DNA from: Alphaproteobacteria bacterium
GTDB lineage: Bacteria > Pseudomonadota > Alphaproteobacteria > JACZXZ01
DNA length: 64,000 bases
Direction of reading: 5' to 3'
Assembly: GCA_052143835.1 (NCBI GenBank)
Contig: JBKQRV010000067.1
Location: forward strand, 1,461-65,460
In this document: one piece after another, positions 9,866 to 18,340 of the stretch
Position numbering within the stretch: the stretch's first letter is position 1
Layout: every line of letters begins with the position of its first letter
Position numbers and translations under genes: made by a program
Notes under the pieces: generated by a model
What the model saw: only the letters and a program-made list of their open reading frames with translations
Databases searched by the model: none
Told to the model about the DNA's origin: nothing

Positions 9866-11236
9866 ATGTGGTCCTGGCGCTTCTCCGTCGTCCTCGGCGC
9901 CGCTCTTCTCGCCGCACTCCTCGCGGCCGGGCGGAGTGCCGCGGAGGCGAGCGAGCGCCGCGTCGCCCTCGTCATCGGCAACGGCCAGTACGTCAACGTC
10001 CCGCGGCTCGCCAATACGGCGAACGACGCGCGGCTCATCGCCGAGACGCTGGAGCGCATCGGCTTCTCGCTGGTGGGCGGCAAGGCGCTCATCGATCTCG
10101 ACCGCGCCGGCATTCAGAAGGCGATCCGCAGCTTCGGCGACCAGTTGAACGCCGCCGCGGTCGGGCTCTTCTATTATGCGGGCCACGGGCTCCAGATCGA
10201 CGGCGTCAATTACCTGGTTCCGGTCGATGCCAACCCCGCCAAGCCCTCGGACGTCGACTTCGAGCTGGTCGAGGCCGATCTCGTGCTCAAGGTGATGGAG
10301 GGGGCCAACTCGAAGCTCAACCTGGTGATCCTGGATGCCTGCCGCAACAATCCCTTCGGTGGCCGCGGCCTGCGCGACGTGGGCGGCGGGCTGGCGCAGA
10401 TGAGGGCGCCCAGGGGCACGCTCATCTCCTATGCGACGCAGCCCGGCAATGTGGCGAGCGACGGCGGTCCCGGCAGCCGCGACAGCCCCTATGCGCTGGC
10501 GCTCGCCGAGACGCTGAGGGTTCCCGGCCTCGAGCTGCTCGAGACCTTCAACAAGGTGGGCGTCGTCGTCGACCGCCAGACGAGCGGCGTGCAGCGGCCG
10601 TGGGTGGCGAGCTCGCCGATCGAGGGCAGCTTCTATTTCGTGCCGCCCGGCGCACCCGCCTCGGCACCGGCGCCAGCGGTCCCTGCGGCGGCCACCCCAC
10701 CTGCCGGCGCGGACCGGGAGATCGTCTTCTGGCAGTCGATCAAGGACAGCAGGAACCCCGCGGATTTCGAGGCCTATCTCGCCCAATATCCCAAGGGCGA
10801 GTTCCGGGGCTTGGCGCAGAACCGCCTGAGCGAGCTCAAGACGGAGCAGCAGGCGGCCCTCGCACCGCGCGCGCCGACGCCCGTTGCGAGTGCGGCAGCG
10901 CCGGAGAGCCAGCCGGCGCCGGCCAGCCCCACGTCCGGGCGCTTCGACGGCGAGTGGCGGGGCTCGGTCAGCGCCTTCGGGAACAACTTCAGCAACAATC
11001 CCTGTCAGAACCTGGAAGTCACCCTCAAGGTGGTGGGCAACAGCGTCTCCGGTGAGATCGTGGGCGCGCTCGGGCGGAGTGCGGTTTCCGGGACGATCGC
11101 GGCCGACGGCACGGTCAAGGGAACGAGGGGTGCCGAGGAGCTCTCAGGCCGTTTCCAGGAGGACCGTTTCGAAGGCAGCCTGCAAGGCGGCGATTGCCGG
11201 ATCGGCTCGATTTCGCTCAAGCGCAGCAAGTCCTGA
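9866..11236 (+). CDS. Secreted caspase-family (peptidase C14) protein
   Basis: Start at MWSWRFSVVLGAALLAALLAAGRSAAEA (signal-peptide-like). RVALVIGNGQY, catalytic-type YYAGHG and LDACRNNPF. C-terminal ~200 aa has no motif I recognise. Confidence 0.85.
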   Translation: MWSWRFSVVLGAALLAALLAAGRSAAEASERRVALVIGNGQYVNVPRLANTANDARLIAETLERIGFSLVGGKALIDLDRAGIQKAIRSFGDQLNAAAVGLFYYAGHGLQIDGVNYLVPVDANPAKPSDVDFELVEADLVLKVMEGANSKLNLVILDACRNNPFGGRGLRDVGGGLAQMRAPRGTLISYATQPGNVASDGGPGSRDSPYALALAETLRVPGLELLETFNKVGVVVDRQTSGVQRPWVASSPIEGSFYFVPPGAPASAPAPAVPAAATPPAGADREIVFWQSIKDSRNPADFEAYLAQYPKGEFRGLAQNRLSELKTEQQAALAPRAPTPVASAAAPESQPAPASPTSGRFDGEWRGSVSAFGNNFSNNPCQNLEVTLKVVGNSVSGEIVGALGRSAVSGTIAADGTVKGTRGAEELSGRFQEDRFEGSLQGGDCRIGSISLKRSKS

Positions 11237-11299
11237 GGCCGCCGCGACCCGGCTCACGGCTGCTTGTCGCTTGCCCTGCGATGGTCCACAGTGAGGCGC

Positions 11300-11860
11300 A
11301 TGACGGAGACGAAGCGGCCCGAGGAGATGCGGCCGAAGGGCCCGAGCGTGCGGGCGGTGCCGGAGGGCGACAACCGCGAGCGGCTCATGTGCCCGGACTG
11401 CGGTTTCGTCCATTACGACAACCCCAAGGTCGTGGTCGGCTCGGTCGCGCTGTGGCAGGAACGCATTCTGCTCTGCAAGCGCGCCATCAATCCGCGCCTG
11501 GGCTATTGGACGCTTCCCGCGGGCTACCTCGAGCTCAATGAGACGACGAGCGAGGGGGCCGTGCGGGAGGCCTACGAGGAGGCGCGTGCCCGAATCTCAT
11601 TGGACGGCCTCCTTGCCGTCTACAATATTCCGCGCCTGAGCCAGGTCCAGCTCATCTACCGTGCGCATCTCCTCTCGCCTGAAATCTCCGCCGGGCCGGA
11701 GAGCGAGGCGGTCGGCCTCTTCGCCTGGGAGGAGATTCCCTGGGATGAGCTCGCCTTCCCCTCGGTGCATTGGGCGCTTCGCCATGCGCGCGAAGTGTGG
11801 GAACGCGAGGTCTTCACCGTGCGCGGCAATCCGCCGGGCGAGCTCGGCAACATGCGCTGA
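11300..11860 (+). CDS. NUDIX hydrolase with N-terminal zinc-ribbon-like CPDCG
   Basis: GYWTLPAGYLELNETTSEGAVREAYEEA Nudix box. ATG 11300 chosen within track ORF 11264..11860. Confidence 0.85.
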   Translation: MTETKRPEEMRPKGPSVRAVPEGDNRERLMCPDCGFVHYDNPKVVVGSVALWQERILLCKRAINPRLGYWTLPAGYLELNETTSEGAVREAYEEARARISLDGLLAVYNIPRLSQVQLIYRAHLLSPEISAGPESEAVGLFAWEEIPWDELAFPSVHWALRHAREVWEREVFTVRGNPPGELGNMR

Positions 11861-11888
11861 GGTCCGCCCGGGCGCCCGCCAGCGCTTC

Positions 11889-12743
11889 TCAGCGGCTGGT
11901 CTCGAGCACGATGATGCCGGCCGCCACGACCGTTGCGGCAAGCACGCGGCGGCGCCCGAAGGGCTCGCGCAGGAAGAGGCTGCCGATGATGGCGGCGAAG
12001 ATGACGCCCGTCTCGCGCAGGGCCGCCACCTGCCCCATGGCGCCGAACGACATGGCCCAGATGGCGATGCCGTAGCCGGCGAAGGAGAGCAGGCCTCCTA
12101 CCAGCGGGACGAGCCAGGCGCCGCGGAAGTAGGCGAGCATTTGGCCGCGGCGGCGAAGCCAGGTCGCGATGACGAAGGGCATGCCGACGATGGTGAAGAG
12201 CCAGGCGATGTAGCCGAGCGGTGCCCCCGAGCGCCGCACGCCGAGCCCGTCGATGACCATATAGGCGGTGATGGTGAGCGCTATGAAGAGCGCGTAGAGC
12301 ACGGCGCGCCGCTGGTCGCCGCGCGGCCGGCCGCGCTCGAAGGCGAGGCTCGCGGTGCCGAGCGAGACGAGCGCTATCCCGGCGAAGCCGCCCCAAGGCA
12401 AGAGCTCGCCCGCGGCGAGTGCCGAGACGAGCGCCACCATGACCGGGGCCGAGCCGCGCGCGAGGGGATAGACCTGGCTCAGATCGCCGTAGCGGTAGGC
12501 CTGCACCAGCCCCGCATAGTAGCCGATGTGGACGAGCATCGAGCCCGCGAGGAAGGGCCAGCTCGCCGGCGCCGGCGCCTTGAGCCACAGGAGGGCCGCC
12601 GCGAGCGCCGGCACCATCGGCCAGAAGGCGACGAAGGCCATGGTGAGCAAGTGGTCGCCGGAGCCCTTGACGAGCGCGTTCCAGCTCGCGTGCATGACGG
12701 CCGCGGCCAGCACGAGAAGCGCTGCGGGGAGCTCGAGCGGCAT
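11889..12743 (-). CDS. EamA/DMT-family transporter
   Basis: 284 aa, about 10 hydrophobic segments; N-terminal AAVMHASWNALVK typical of EamA repeats. Confidence 0.85.
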   Translation of the reverse strand: MPLELPAALLVLAAAVMHASWNALVKGSGDHLLTMAFVAFWPMVPALAAALLWLKAPAPASWPFLAGSMLVHIGYYAGLVQAYRYGDLSQVYPLARGSAPVMVALVSALAAGELLPWGGFAGIALVSLGTASLAFERGRPRGDQRRAVLYALFIALTITAYMVIDGLGVRRSGAPLGYIAWLFTIVGMPFVIATWLRRRGQMLAYFRGAWLVPLVGGLLSFAGYGIAIWAMSFGAMGQVAALRETGVIFAAIIGSLFLREPFGRRRVLAATVVAAGIIVLETSR

Positions 12744-12853
12744 GGGGGAACGCGGCTCCGGCGAGAGGGGTCCGTCACGGGACTGTCATAAAGCTTTTGG
12801 CCCGCGGCCGCCGCGCGGTCAAATCAATTAGCGCCGGCAATACGCGAAGCCGC

Positions 12854-12905
12854 TTGACCATATCACTCAAAGGGAGCAATCTGGTTTGTGCACATGTGCA
12901 CAAAC
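12854..12905 (+). promoter_or_regulatory. Candidate promoter (TTGACC-17-CAATCT) followed by a perfect 22-bp palindrome, putative operator of the TA operon
   Basis: TTGACC 12854-12859 and CAATCT 12877-12882. GTTTGTGCACATGTGCACAAAC 12884-12905 equals its own reverse complement. Confidence 0.45.
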
Positions 12906-12923
12906 TATGATGGGAGCCCAGCC

Positions 12924-13358
12924 GTGCCCTTCCTCTCCTTCCGCGTGGCGGCTGCGACCCGTGACCGAGTCAGGCTGGTAGCGGCCAGGCGGGGCGAGAG
13001 CCTCCAGGCGGTCATGGGCCGAGCCGTCGATCGGCTGCTCGCGGAAGAGGATCGGCGACAGCCGACGTTGAGCCATATCCTGCGCCGGCTGCGCAGCCGC
13101 CAGGCCGAGTTGCGCAAACGCGGCATCGCGAGGCTTTGGGTTTTCGGCTCGATCGCGCGCGGAGATGCGCGACCCGAGAGCGATGTCGATCTCGTCGTCG
13201 AATTCAACCCGGCCGCGAGTGTCTCGCTCACCGCTTTCGCGCGGCTGCGCGAGGATTTGTCCGGCAGCGTTGGCGCCCAGGTCGATCTCGTTGAGTGGCG
13301 CAATCTCAGGCCTCACGTTCGCGCCGCGGCCGAGCGTGACGCCGTGAACGTGTTCTGA
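12924..13358 (+). CDS. MNT-type nucleotidyltransferase antitoxin with N-terminal ribbon-helix-helix-like extension
   Basis: LWVFGSIARGDARPESDVDLVVEF (GSxxRG..DxD). N-terminal LSFRVAAATRDRVRLVAARRGESLQAVMGRAVDRLL looks RHH-like. GTG 12924 has GGGAG 7 nt upstream; track ORF starts at 12888. Confidence 0.8.
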   Translation: MPFLSFRVAAATRDRVRLVAARRGESLQAVMGRAVDRLLAEEDRRQPTLSHILRRLRSRQAELRKRGIARLWVFGSIARGDARPESDVDLVVEFNPAASVSLTAFARLREDLSGSVGAQVDLVEWRNLRPHVRAAAERDAVNVF

Positions 13359-13723
13359 TGCCGGCCCGGGACGCCGAAGACCGCCTCCGCGATATTCTCG
13401 ATGCCGTGCGGGACATTCAGGCCTTCACGCGGGCGATGGCTGAAGAGCGCTTCCTGGCCTTGCCAAATGAGGATAGGCGGACCTATCGCGCGATCAAGAA
13501 CGCGGTCGCCGAGATCGGCGAGGCTGTCAAAGGCCTGCCGGGCGAAATCTGCGCGCGCCATCCGGCGGTGGATTGGCGCGGCCTTGCGGGGTTGCGCGAC
13601 ATCTTGTCCCACCGCTACTTCGTCGTGGACCTGCCGAGACTGTGGCCGGTCCTGAGGGATGAGCTCCCGGTTCTGCGTAAGGCCGTCGAAAGCGAGCTGC
13701 CGCCTGGGACAGAGACGCTGTAA
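13358..13723 (+). CDS. hepT: HepT-like (DUF86) toxin
   Basis: 121 aa; RDILSHRY matches the Rx4HxY motif. Start overlaps the upstream stop (TGATG). Confidence 0.85.
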   Translation: MPARDAEDRLRDILDAVRDIQAFTRAMAEERFLALPNEDRRTYRAIKNAVAEIGEAVKGLPGEICARHPAVDWRGLAGLRDILSHRYFVVDLPRLWPVLRDELPVLRKAVESELPPGTETL

Positions 13724-13741
13724 CGGCGCGGCGACTAAGAC

Positions 13742-14695
13742 TCACTCCGACAGCCCCATGAGGCTGCGAGCGAAGTCGCGCGCGGCAAAGGGGTGCAGGT
13801 CGTCGGCACCCTCGCCCACGCCGATCGCGTGCACCGGGAGGCCGAAGCGCTCGGCGAGTGCCACCAGCACGCCGCCGCGCGCAGTGCCGTCGAGCTTGGT
13901 CACGACGAGCCCGCTCACCTCGATCATGGCGCGGAAGGTCTCGACCTGGGCGTGGGCGTTCTGGCCGGTCGTGGCGTCGAGCACGAGCAGCACCGCGTGC
14001 GGTGCCGAAGGATCGAGCTTCCTGATCACCCGCCGGATCTTCTGCAGCTCGGCCATGAGGTCGGCGCGGTTGTGCAGGCGGCCGGCGGTGTCGATGAGGA
14101 GAAGGTCGGCTGCGGCCTTCCGTGCTGCCTCGAGCGCATCGTAGGCGAGCCCGGCCGCATCGGCCCCGCGGCCGCCCGCGATCACCTCGACGCCGACGCG
14201 CGCACCCCAGATCTTGAGCTGCTCGATCGCGGCGGCGCGGAAGGTGTCGCCCGCGCACAGCATCACGGCGAGACCCTCTTGCTTGTAGAGGCGGGCGAGC
14301 TTGCCGATCGTCGTGGTCTTGCCGGTGCCGTTCACGCCGACCACGAGGACGACGAAGGGCTTCTTCGCCCTGTCCACGGCGAGCGGCTTGGCGACCGGAG
14401 CCAGCACCTCCGCGATCGCGCGCGCCAGGCTCTCGCGCACTTGCTCGGCACTCGCCTCGCCCGCGAAGCGCTCGCCCGCGAGCCGTTTGATAAGCTTGGC
14501 CGCCATGGCCGGCCCGAGATCGGCGGCAATGAGGAGCTCCTCGAGCTCCTGAAGCGTCGTCGCATCGAGCTTGCGCTTGCTGAGGATTCCGGCGATGCCG
14601 TCGCCGAGCTTGCTCGAGCTGCGGCTGAGCCCCGCCTTGAGCCGGCTCAGCCAGCCGCGGCTGGGTGCCGCGCTCTCCTCGCTCATCGCCGGCAC
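13742..14695 (-). CDS. ftsY: Signal recognition particle receptor
   Basis: VGVNGTGKTTTIGKLA, DTAGRL, TKLDGTARGG. GTG 14695 or ATG 14686 as start. Confidence 0.95.
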   Translation of the reverse strand: MPAMSEESAAPSRGWLSRLKAGLSRSSSKLGDGIAGILSKRKLDATTLQELEELLIAADLGPAMAAKLIKRLAGERFAGEASAEQVRESLARAIAEVLAPVAKPLAVDRAKKPFVVLVVGVNGTGKTTTIGKLARLYKQEGLAVMLCAGDTFRAAAIEQLKIWGARVGVEVIAGGRGADAAGLAYDALEAARKAAADLLLIDTAGRLHNRADLMAELQKIRRVIRKLDPSAPHAVLLVLDATTGQNAHAQVETFRAMIEVSGLVVTKLDGTARGGVLVALAERFGLPVHAIGVGEGADDLHPFAARDFARSLMGLSE

Positions 14696-14709
14696 TGTGC
14701 CACTACTCC

Positions 14710-15948
14710 TCAGACGACGCGCGCGAGAAGCTCGGCGCCGTCGGCCGCGATGACGCGCGCCCGCGCGATGCTGCCGGGGGCTGCGGCTCCCTCGAGCCTC
14801 ACGGCGGCGAAATGCTCGCTCCTGCCGCGCCCCTCCTCCTCGACCAGGACCTCGGCGGTGCTGCCGACGCGGCTCAAGAGGAAGCGGGCGAGGGCTTGTC
14901 CCCCTGCCGCGCGCAAACGGGCGGCGCGCGCCTTGCGCTCCGCCGGCGGGACCTGCGGCATGCGCGCGGCCGGTGTTGGCGCGCGCGCGGAATAGGGAAA
15001 GACATGGAGGAAGGCGAGCCCTGAGGCCTCCACGAGCGAGAGCGTGTTCTCGAACATCGCCTCCGTCTCGGTCGGAAAGCCCGCGATGAGATCGGCGCCA
15101 AGCGCTATGCCCGGGCGCAAGCGGCCGAGCCGCTCGGCGACCGCGAGCGCATCTCTACGGCTGTGGCGCCGCTTCATGCGCTTCAAGACGAGATCGTCGC
15201 CGGCCTGGAGGCTCAAATGGAGGTGCGGCATGAGCCGTGGCTCCTCGGCGATGAGGCGATAGAGCTCGTCGTCGATCTCGACCGGATCGAGGGAGGAGAG
15301 CCGCAGGCGCTTGAGCGCCGGCACGGCCGCGAGCAAGCGCCGCACCAATTGGCCGAGGGGCGGTGTTCCGGGGAGGTCCTTGCCGTAGTCGGTGAGATCG
15401 ACGCCGGTCAAGACCACTTCGTTGACGCCGCGCTCGACGAGATTGCGGACCTCGTCGGCGATGCGGCCGAGCGGCGTGCTGCGGCTCGGCCCGCGACCGT
15501 AGGGAATGATGCAGAAGGTGCAGCGATGGTCGCAGCCCTGCTGCACCTGGACGAAGGCCCGTGCGCGGCCGGCAAAGCCGTCCGAGAGGTGCGCCGCCGT
15601 CTCGCGCAGCGTCCGGACGTCGTCGACCGCTGTTCTTGCCCCTCTTGAGTAGGACTCGGACCTGAGCTTGGCACCATTGCCGAGCACCTGGTCGACCTCG
15701 GCCATGGCGGCATAGCGCTCTGGGTCGATCTGCGCAGCACAGCCGGTGACGATGATCGGCACCTCCGGCCGAGCGCGCCTCGCCTTGCGGATGGCCTGGC
15801 GGGCCTGGCGCTCGGCCTCGGCGGTGACGGCGCAAGTGTTGACGATGACGGCCGCCGTCAGTCCCGCCTCGCGCGCGCGCGCGCGAATCAGCTCGGACTC
15901 GTAGGCGTTGAGGCGACAGCCGAAGGTGACGACGTCGAGGCCGGACAT
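14710..15948 (-). CDS. mtaB: tRNA (N6-threonylcarbamoyladenosine) methylthiotransferase, MiaB-like radical SAM
   Basis: VTFGCRLNAYESE, radical-SAM CDHRCTFCIIP; lies between dapF and ftsY. Confidence 0.85.
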   Translation of the reverse strand: MSGLDVVTFGCRLNAYESELIRARAREAGLTAAVIVNTCAVTAEAERQARQAIRKARRARPEVPIIVTGCAAQIDPERYAAMAEVDQVLGNGAKLRSESYSRGARTAVDDVRTLRETAAHLSDGFAGRARAFVQVQQGCDHRCTFCIIPYGRGPSRSTPLGRIADEVRNLVERGVNEVVLTGVDLTDYGKDLPGTPPLGQLVRRLLAAVPALKRLRLSSLDPVEIDDELYRLIAEEPRLMPHLHLSLQAGDDLVLKRMKRRHSRRDALAVAERLGRLRPGIALGADLIAGFPTETEAMFENTLSLVEASGLAFLHVFPYSARAPTPAARMPQVPPAERKARAARLRAAGGQALARFLLSRVGSTAEVLVEEEGRGRSEHFAAVRLEGAAAPGSIARARVIAADGAELLARVV

Positions 15949-15955
15949 GCGGGCC

Positions 15956-16828
15956 TCAGGCGAAGAAGGAGGGGTCGAGCCGGCCGGAAAAGCTCGTCGC
16001 CACCGGTCCGGTCAGGACCACGTGGTTGTCGCGCTCGCGCCACTCGATGAGGAGCGGACCGCCGTCGAGAACGACGGTCGCTTTGCGCGGGGAGAGGCCG
16101 CGGCGGTGGGCGGCAACGAGGGTGGCACAGGCGCCCGTTCCGCAGGCGCGCGTGATGCCGACCCCGCGCTCCCACACGCGCATGCGGAGCGTGCCGTCGC
16201 TGCGGCGCTGGGCGAGCTCGACGTTGGTGCGCTCGGGGAAGAGGGGATGATGCTCGATCTCTGCTCCGAGCTCCTCGAGCGCCACAGCCTCGGCATCGGG
16301 CACGAAGAAGACGACGTGCGGATTGCCGACATTGACGGCGACCGGGTCGCTGAGCGGGCCGATCGAGAGCTCGAGGTGAAGCGTGTCCATCGGGCGCGCG
16401 AGGGGGATCTCGCGCCAGTCGAGCCGCACCGGGCCCATGTCGACGGCGATGAGGCCGTCCGAGAGCCGCTCGGCGTCGAGCAGCCCGACCGGCGTCTCGA
16501 TCACCACGTGATCGCGCCCGGCTTCCTTCATGAGCACGGTCGCGATGCAGCGCGCCGCGTTGCCGCACGCCTCGACCTCTCCGCCGTCGGCGTTGCGGAT
16601 GCGCATGAAGGCATCGGCGCGGCGGTCGTGCGCCGGCTCGAGGATGATGAGCTGATCGCACCCCACGCCGGTCTTGCGGTCGGCGATCGCGCGCGCGCGC
16701 GCGGCATCGAGCGCAAGCGGCCGCAGGCGCGCATCGAGCACGACGAAGTCGTTGCCCAGCCCATGCATCTTGATGAAATGGGGCATCTTGAGGAAATCGG
16801 ACGAGCGCTCTTCGACGATCTCGGCCAT
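15956..16828 (-). CDS. dapF: Diaminopimelate epimerase
   Basis: KMHGLGNDFVVLDAR, NADGGEVEACGNAARC, ACGTGACA. Alternative start at 16786. Confidence 0.9.
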   Translation of the reverse strand: MAEIVEERSSDFLKMPHFIKMHGLGNDFVVLDARLRPLALDAARARAIADRKTGVGCDQLIILEPAHDRRADAFMRIRNADGGEVEACGNAARCIATVLMKEAGRDHVVIETPVGLLDAERLSDGLIAVDMGPVRLDWREIPLARPMDTLHLELSIGPLSDPVAVNVGNPHVVFFVPDAEAVALEELGAEIEHHPLFPERTNVELAQRRSDGTLRMRVWERGVGITRACGTGACATLVAAHRRGLSPRKATVVLDGGPLLIEWRERDNHVVLTGPVATSFSGRLDPSFFA

Positions 16829-16888
16829 GGGCCCGGTTATAGGGCCCGGGCCCGGGCCAAGTCCAACGCTTTCGCCCCGCGCGGCTCC

Positions 16889-17332
16889 TCAGGACCGGGT
16901 CGCGCGCCGCTTGCGCGGCTTGACCGGCTTGCCGGACTTGGCGAGCGCGCCCAGCATCTGGCGCACGCCCTTGCGCACCTGGGCGTCGGCGACCCCGCTA
17001 TAGGCCTTGACCAGCTCCATGGTCTCGCGGTCCGAGAGGATGTCGGCATCGTAGCCCGCACGCTCCTGCTCGGCGAGGCCGAGGACCGGGCCGGCGCCCC
17101 GCCCCCTCCTGCTGAGGCCTTCGAAGAAATAGGCGGGCTGGATGTTGAGCACGTCGCTCAGGAGCCACAGCATGCTGGCGCCGATGCGGTTGGTGCCGCG
17201 CTCGTACTTCTGAATCTGCTGATAGCTCACGCCGGTGACGCCGCTCAGCTTCTGCTGGCTCAACCCGAGCTCGATGCGCCGCTGCCGGAGACGCTTGCCG
17301 ACATGCGTGTCGATGGATTCCACCTTCGCCAA
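16889..17332 (-). CDS. XRE-family helix-turn-helix transcriptional regulator
   Basis: VGKRLRQRRIELGLSQQKLSGVTGVSYQQIQKYERGTNRI; paralogous to 17657..18040. Confidence 0.8.
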   Translation of the reverse strand: MAKVESIDTHVGKRLRQRRIELGLSQQKLSGVTGVSYQQIQKYERGTNRIGASMLWLLSDVLNIQPAYFFEGLSRRGRGAGPVLGLAEQERAGYDADILSDRETMELVKAYSGVADAQVRKGVRQMLGALAKSGKPVKPRKRRATRS

Positions 17333-17437
17333 CGCAGCCCCCTATCCGTTGGGGGCGCCGCTCACCGGCGCTCTTACCGGCACCGCAGCGCCGTCATTCC
17401 GCCCTCTGGTTGGTGACGCGTATTTATCGTCAACTGA

Positions 17438-17462
17438 GGCGAATTTGGCAAGCCAATTCGCC
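17438..17462. promoter_or_regulatory. Inverted repeat GGCGAATTTGG-caag-CCAATTCGCC upstream of the XRE gene, candidate operator
   Basis: Near-perfect 10/11-bp arms, ~110 nt upstream of the 17332 start. Function inferred only. Confidence 0.25.
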
Positions 17463-17656
17463 GACGGATCCGCCGTCAGCATGGCTCTTCATGCACGTGA
17501 AAGATGCTTGCGGTAGAGCGCCTAATGCGGATTGTCGCGCGCTCTTGCAGCGCTGTCGACGTGTTGTCGGGTGCTCCCTGCGCTCGCGGCGCGGGTAGCG
17601 GCCTAATCGCCTGGGGGCCGCCTTGCGGTCCTCCGTCGGATAGCCGGATTTGCCGG

Positions 17657-18040
17657 CTAATGCCGCACCGCGACGCTCATGCGCGCGATCTCGCGGATGA
17701 ACTCGATGAATTGCCGGCGCAGCTTCCCGTCGGCCACCTTGTGGTAGGCCCGCAGAAGGTCGAGCGTCTCGCGCCGGTCGACGAGCAGCGCCTCTTCCGC
17801 CCCGTGCTCGTCGAGGCGACGCTTGAGCAGTTCGTCGAAGAAGAAGGAGACCGGAACGTTGAGGGCCTCGGCCACGATGAAAAGCGTGCTCGCGGCGATC
17901 CGGTTGATGCCCTTCTCGTATTTCTGCACTTGTTGCGGGGTAAGCCCGATGGCGTCGCCGAGCTGCTTCTGGCTGAGCCCGAGCATGGCGCGGCGCAGCC
18001 GGATGCGGCTGCCGATCTCGCCATCGACACGCTGCAGCAT
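17657..18040 (-). CDS. XRE-family helix-turn-helix transcriptional regulator (paralog)
   Basis: IGSRIRLRRAMLGLSQKQLGDAIGLTPQQVQKYEKGINRI. ATG 18040 chosen by alignment with the paralog's N-terminus; track ORF extends to 18136. Confidence 0.75.
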   Translation of the reverse strand: MLQRVDGEIGSRIRLRRAMLGLSQKQLGDAIGLTPQQVQKYEKGINRIAASTLFIVAEALNVPVSFFFDELLKRRLDEHGAEEALLVDRRETLDLLRAYHKVADGKLRRQFIEFIREIARMSVAVRH

Positions 18041-18340
18041 CTCGCCGGCCACCTCGGATCCTCCTCGTCGAGATGGCCCCCCCCTCGGCGCCGCGCCGAT
18101 GGGGCCAAATCGAGGAACTATGTTTACATTTTTCACCCGTGGGTAGCAATCGTAAAGGTTGCTGAATTAGACGATGACTTTTATCTATGCGAGCAGGCGC
18201 GGTGCGCTTGACTTGGCTCGCGTGCGTCCCTTAGAGTGCGCCCTCGTCACGGAGCAAGGAGAGAGTTCGCGCTCCCGAGGGGGTCCGCCAGTCCGCGAGT
18301 ATCGCGCACTGGCGCGTTGGGTTTTGGCGAGGTGCCTCGC

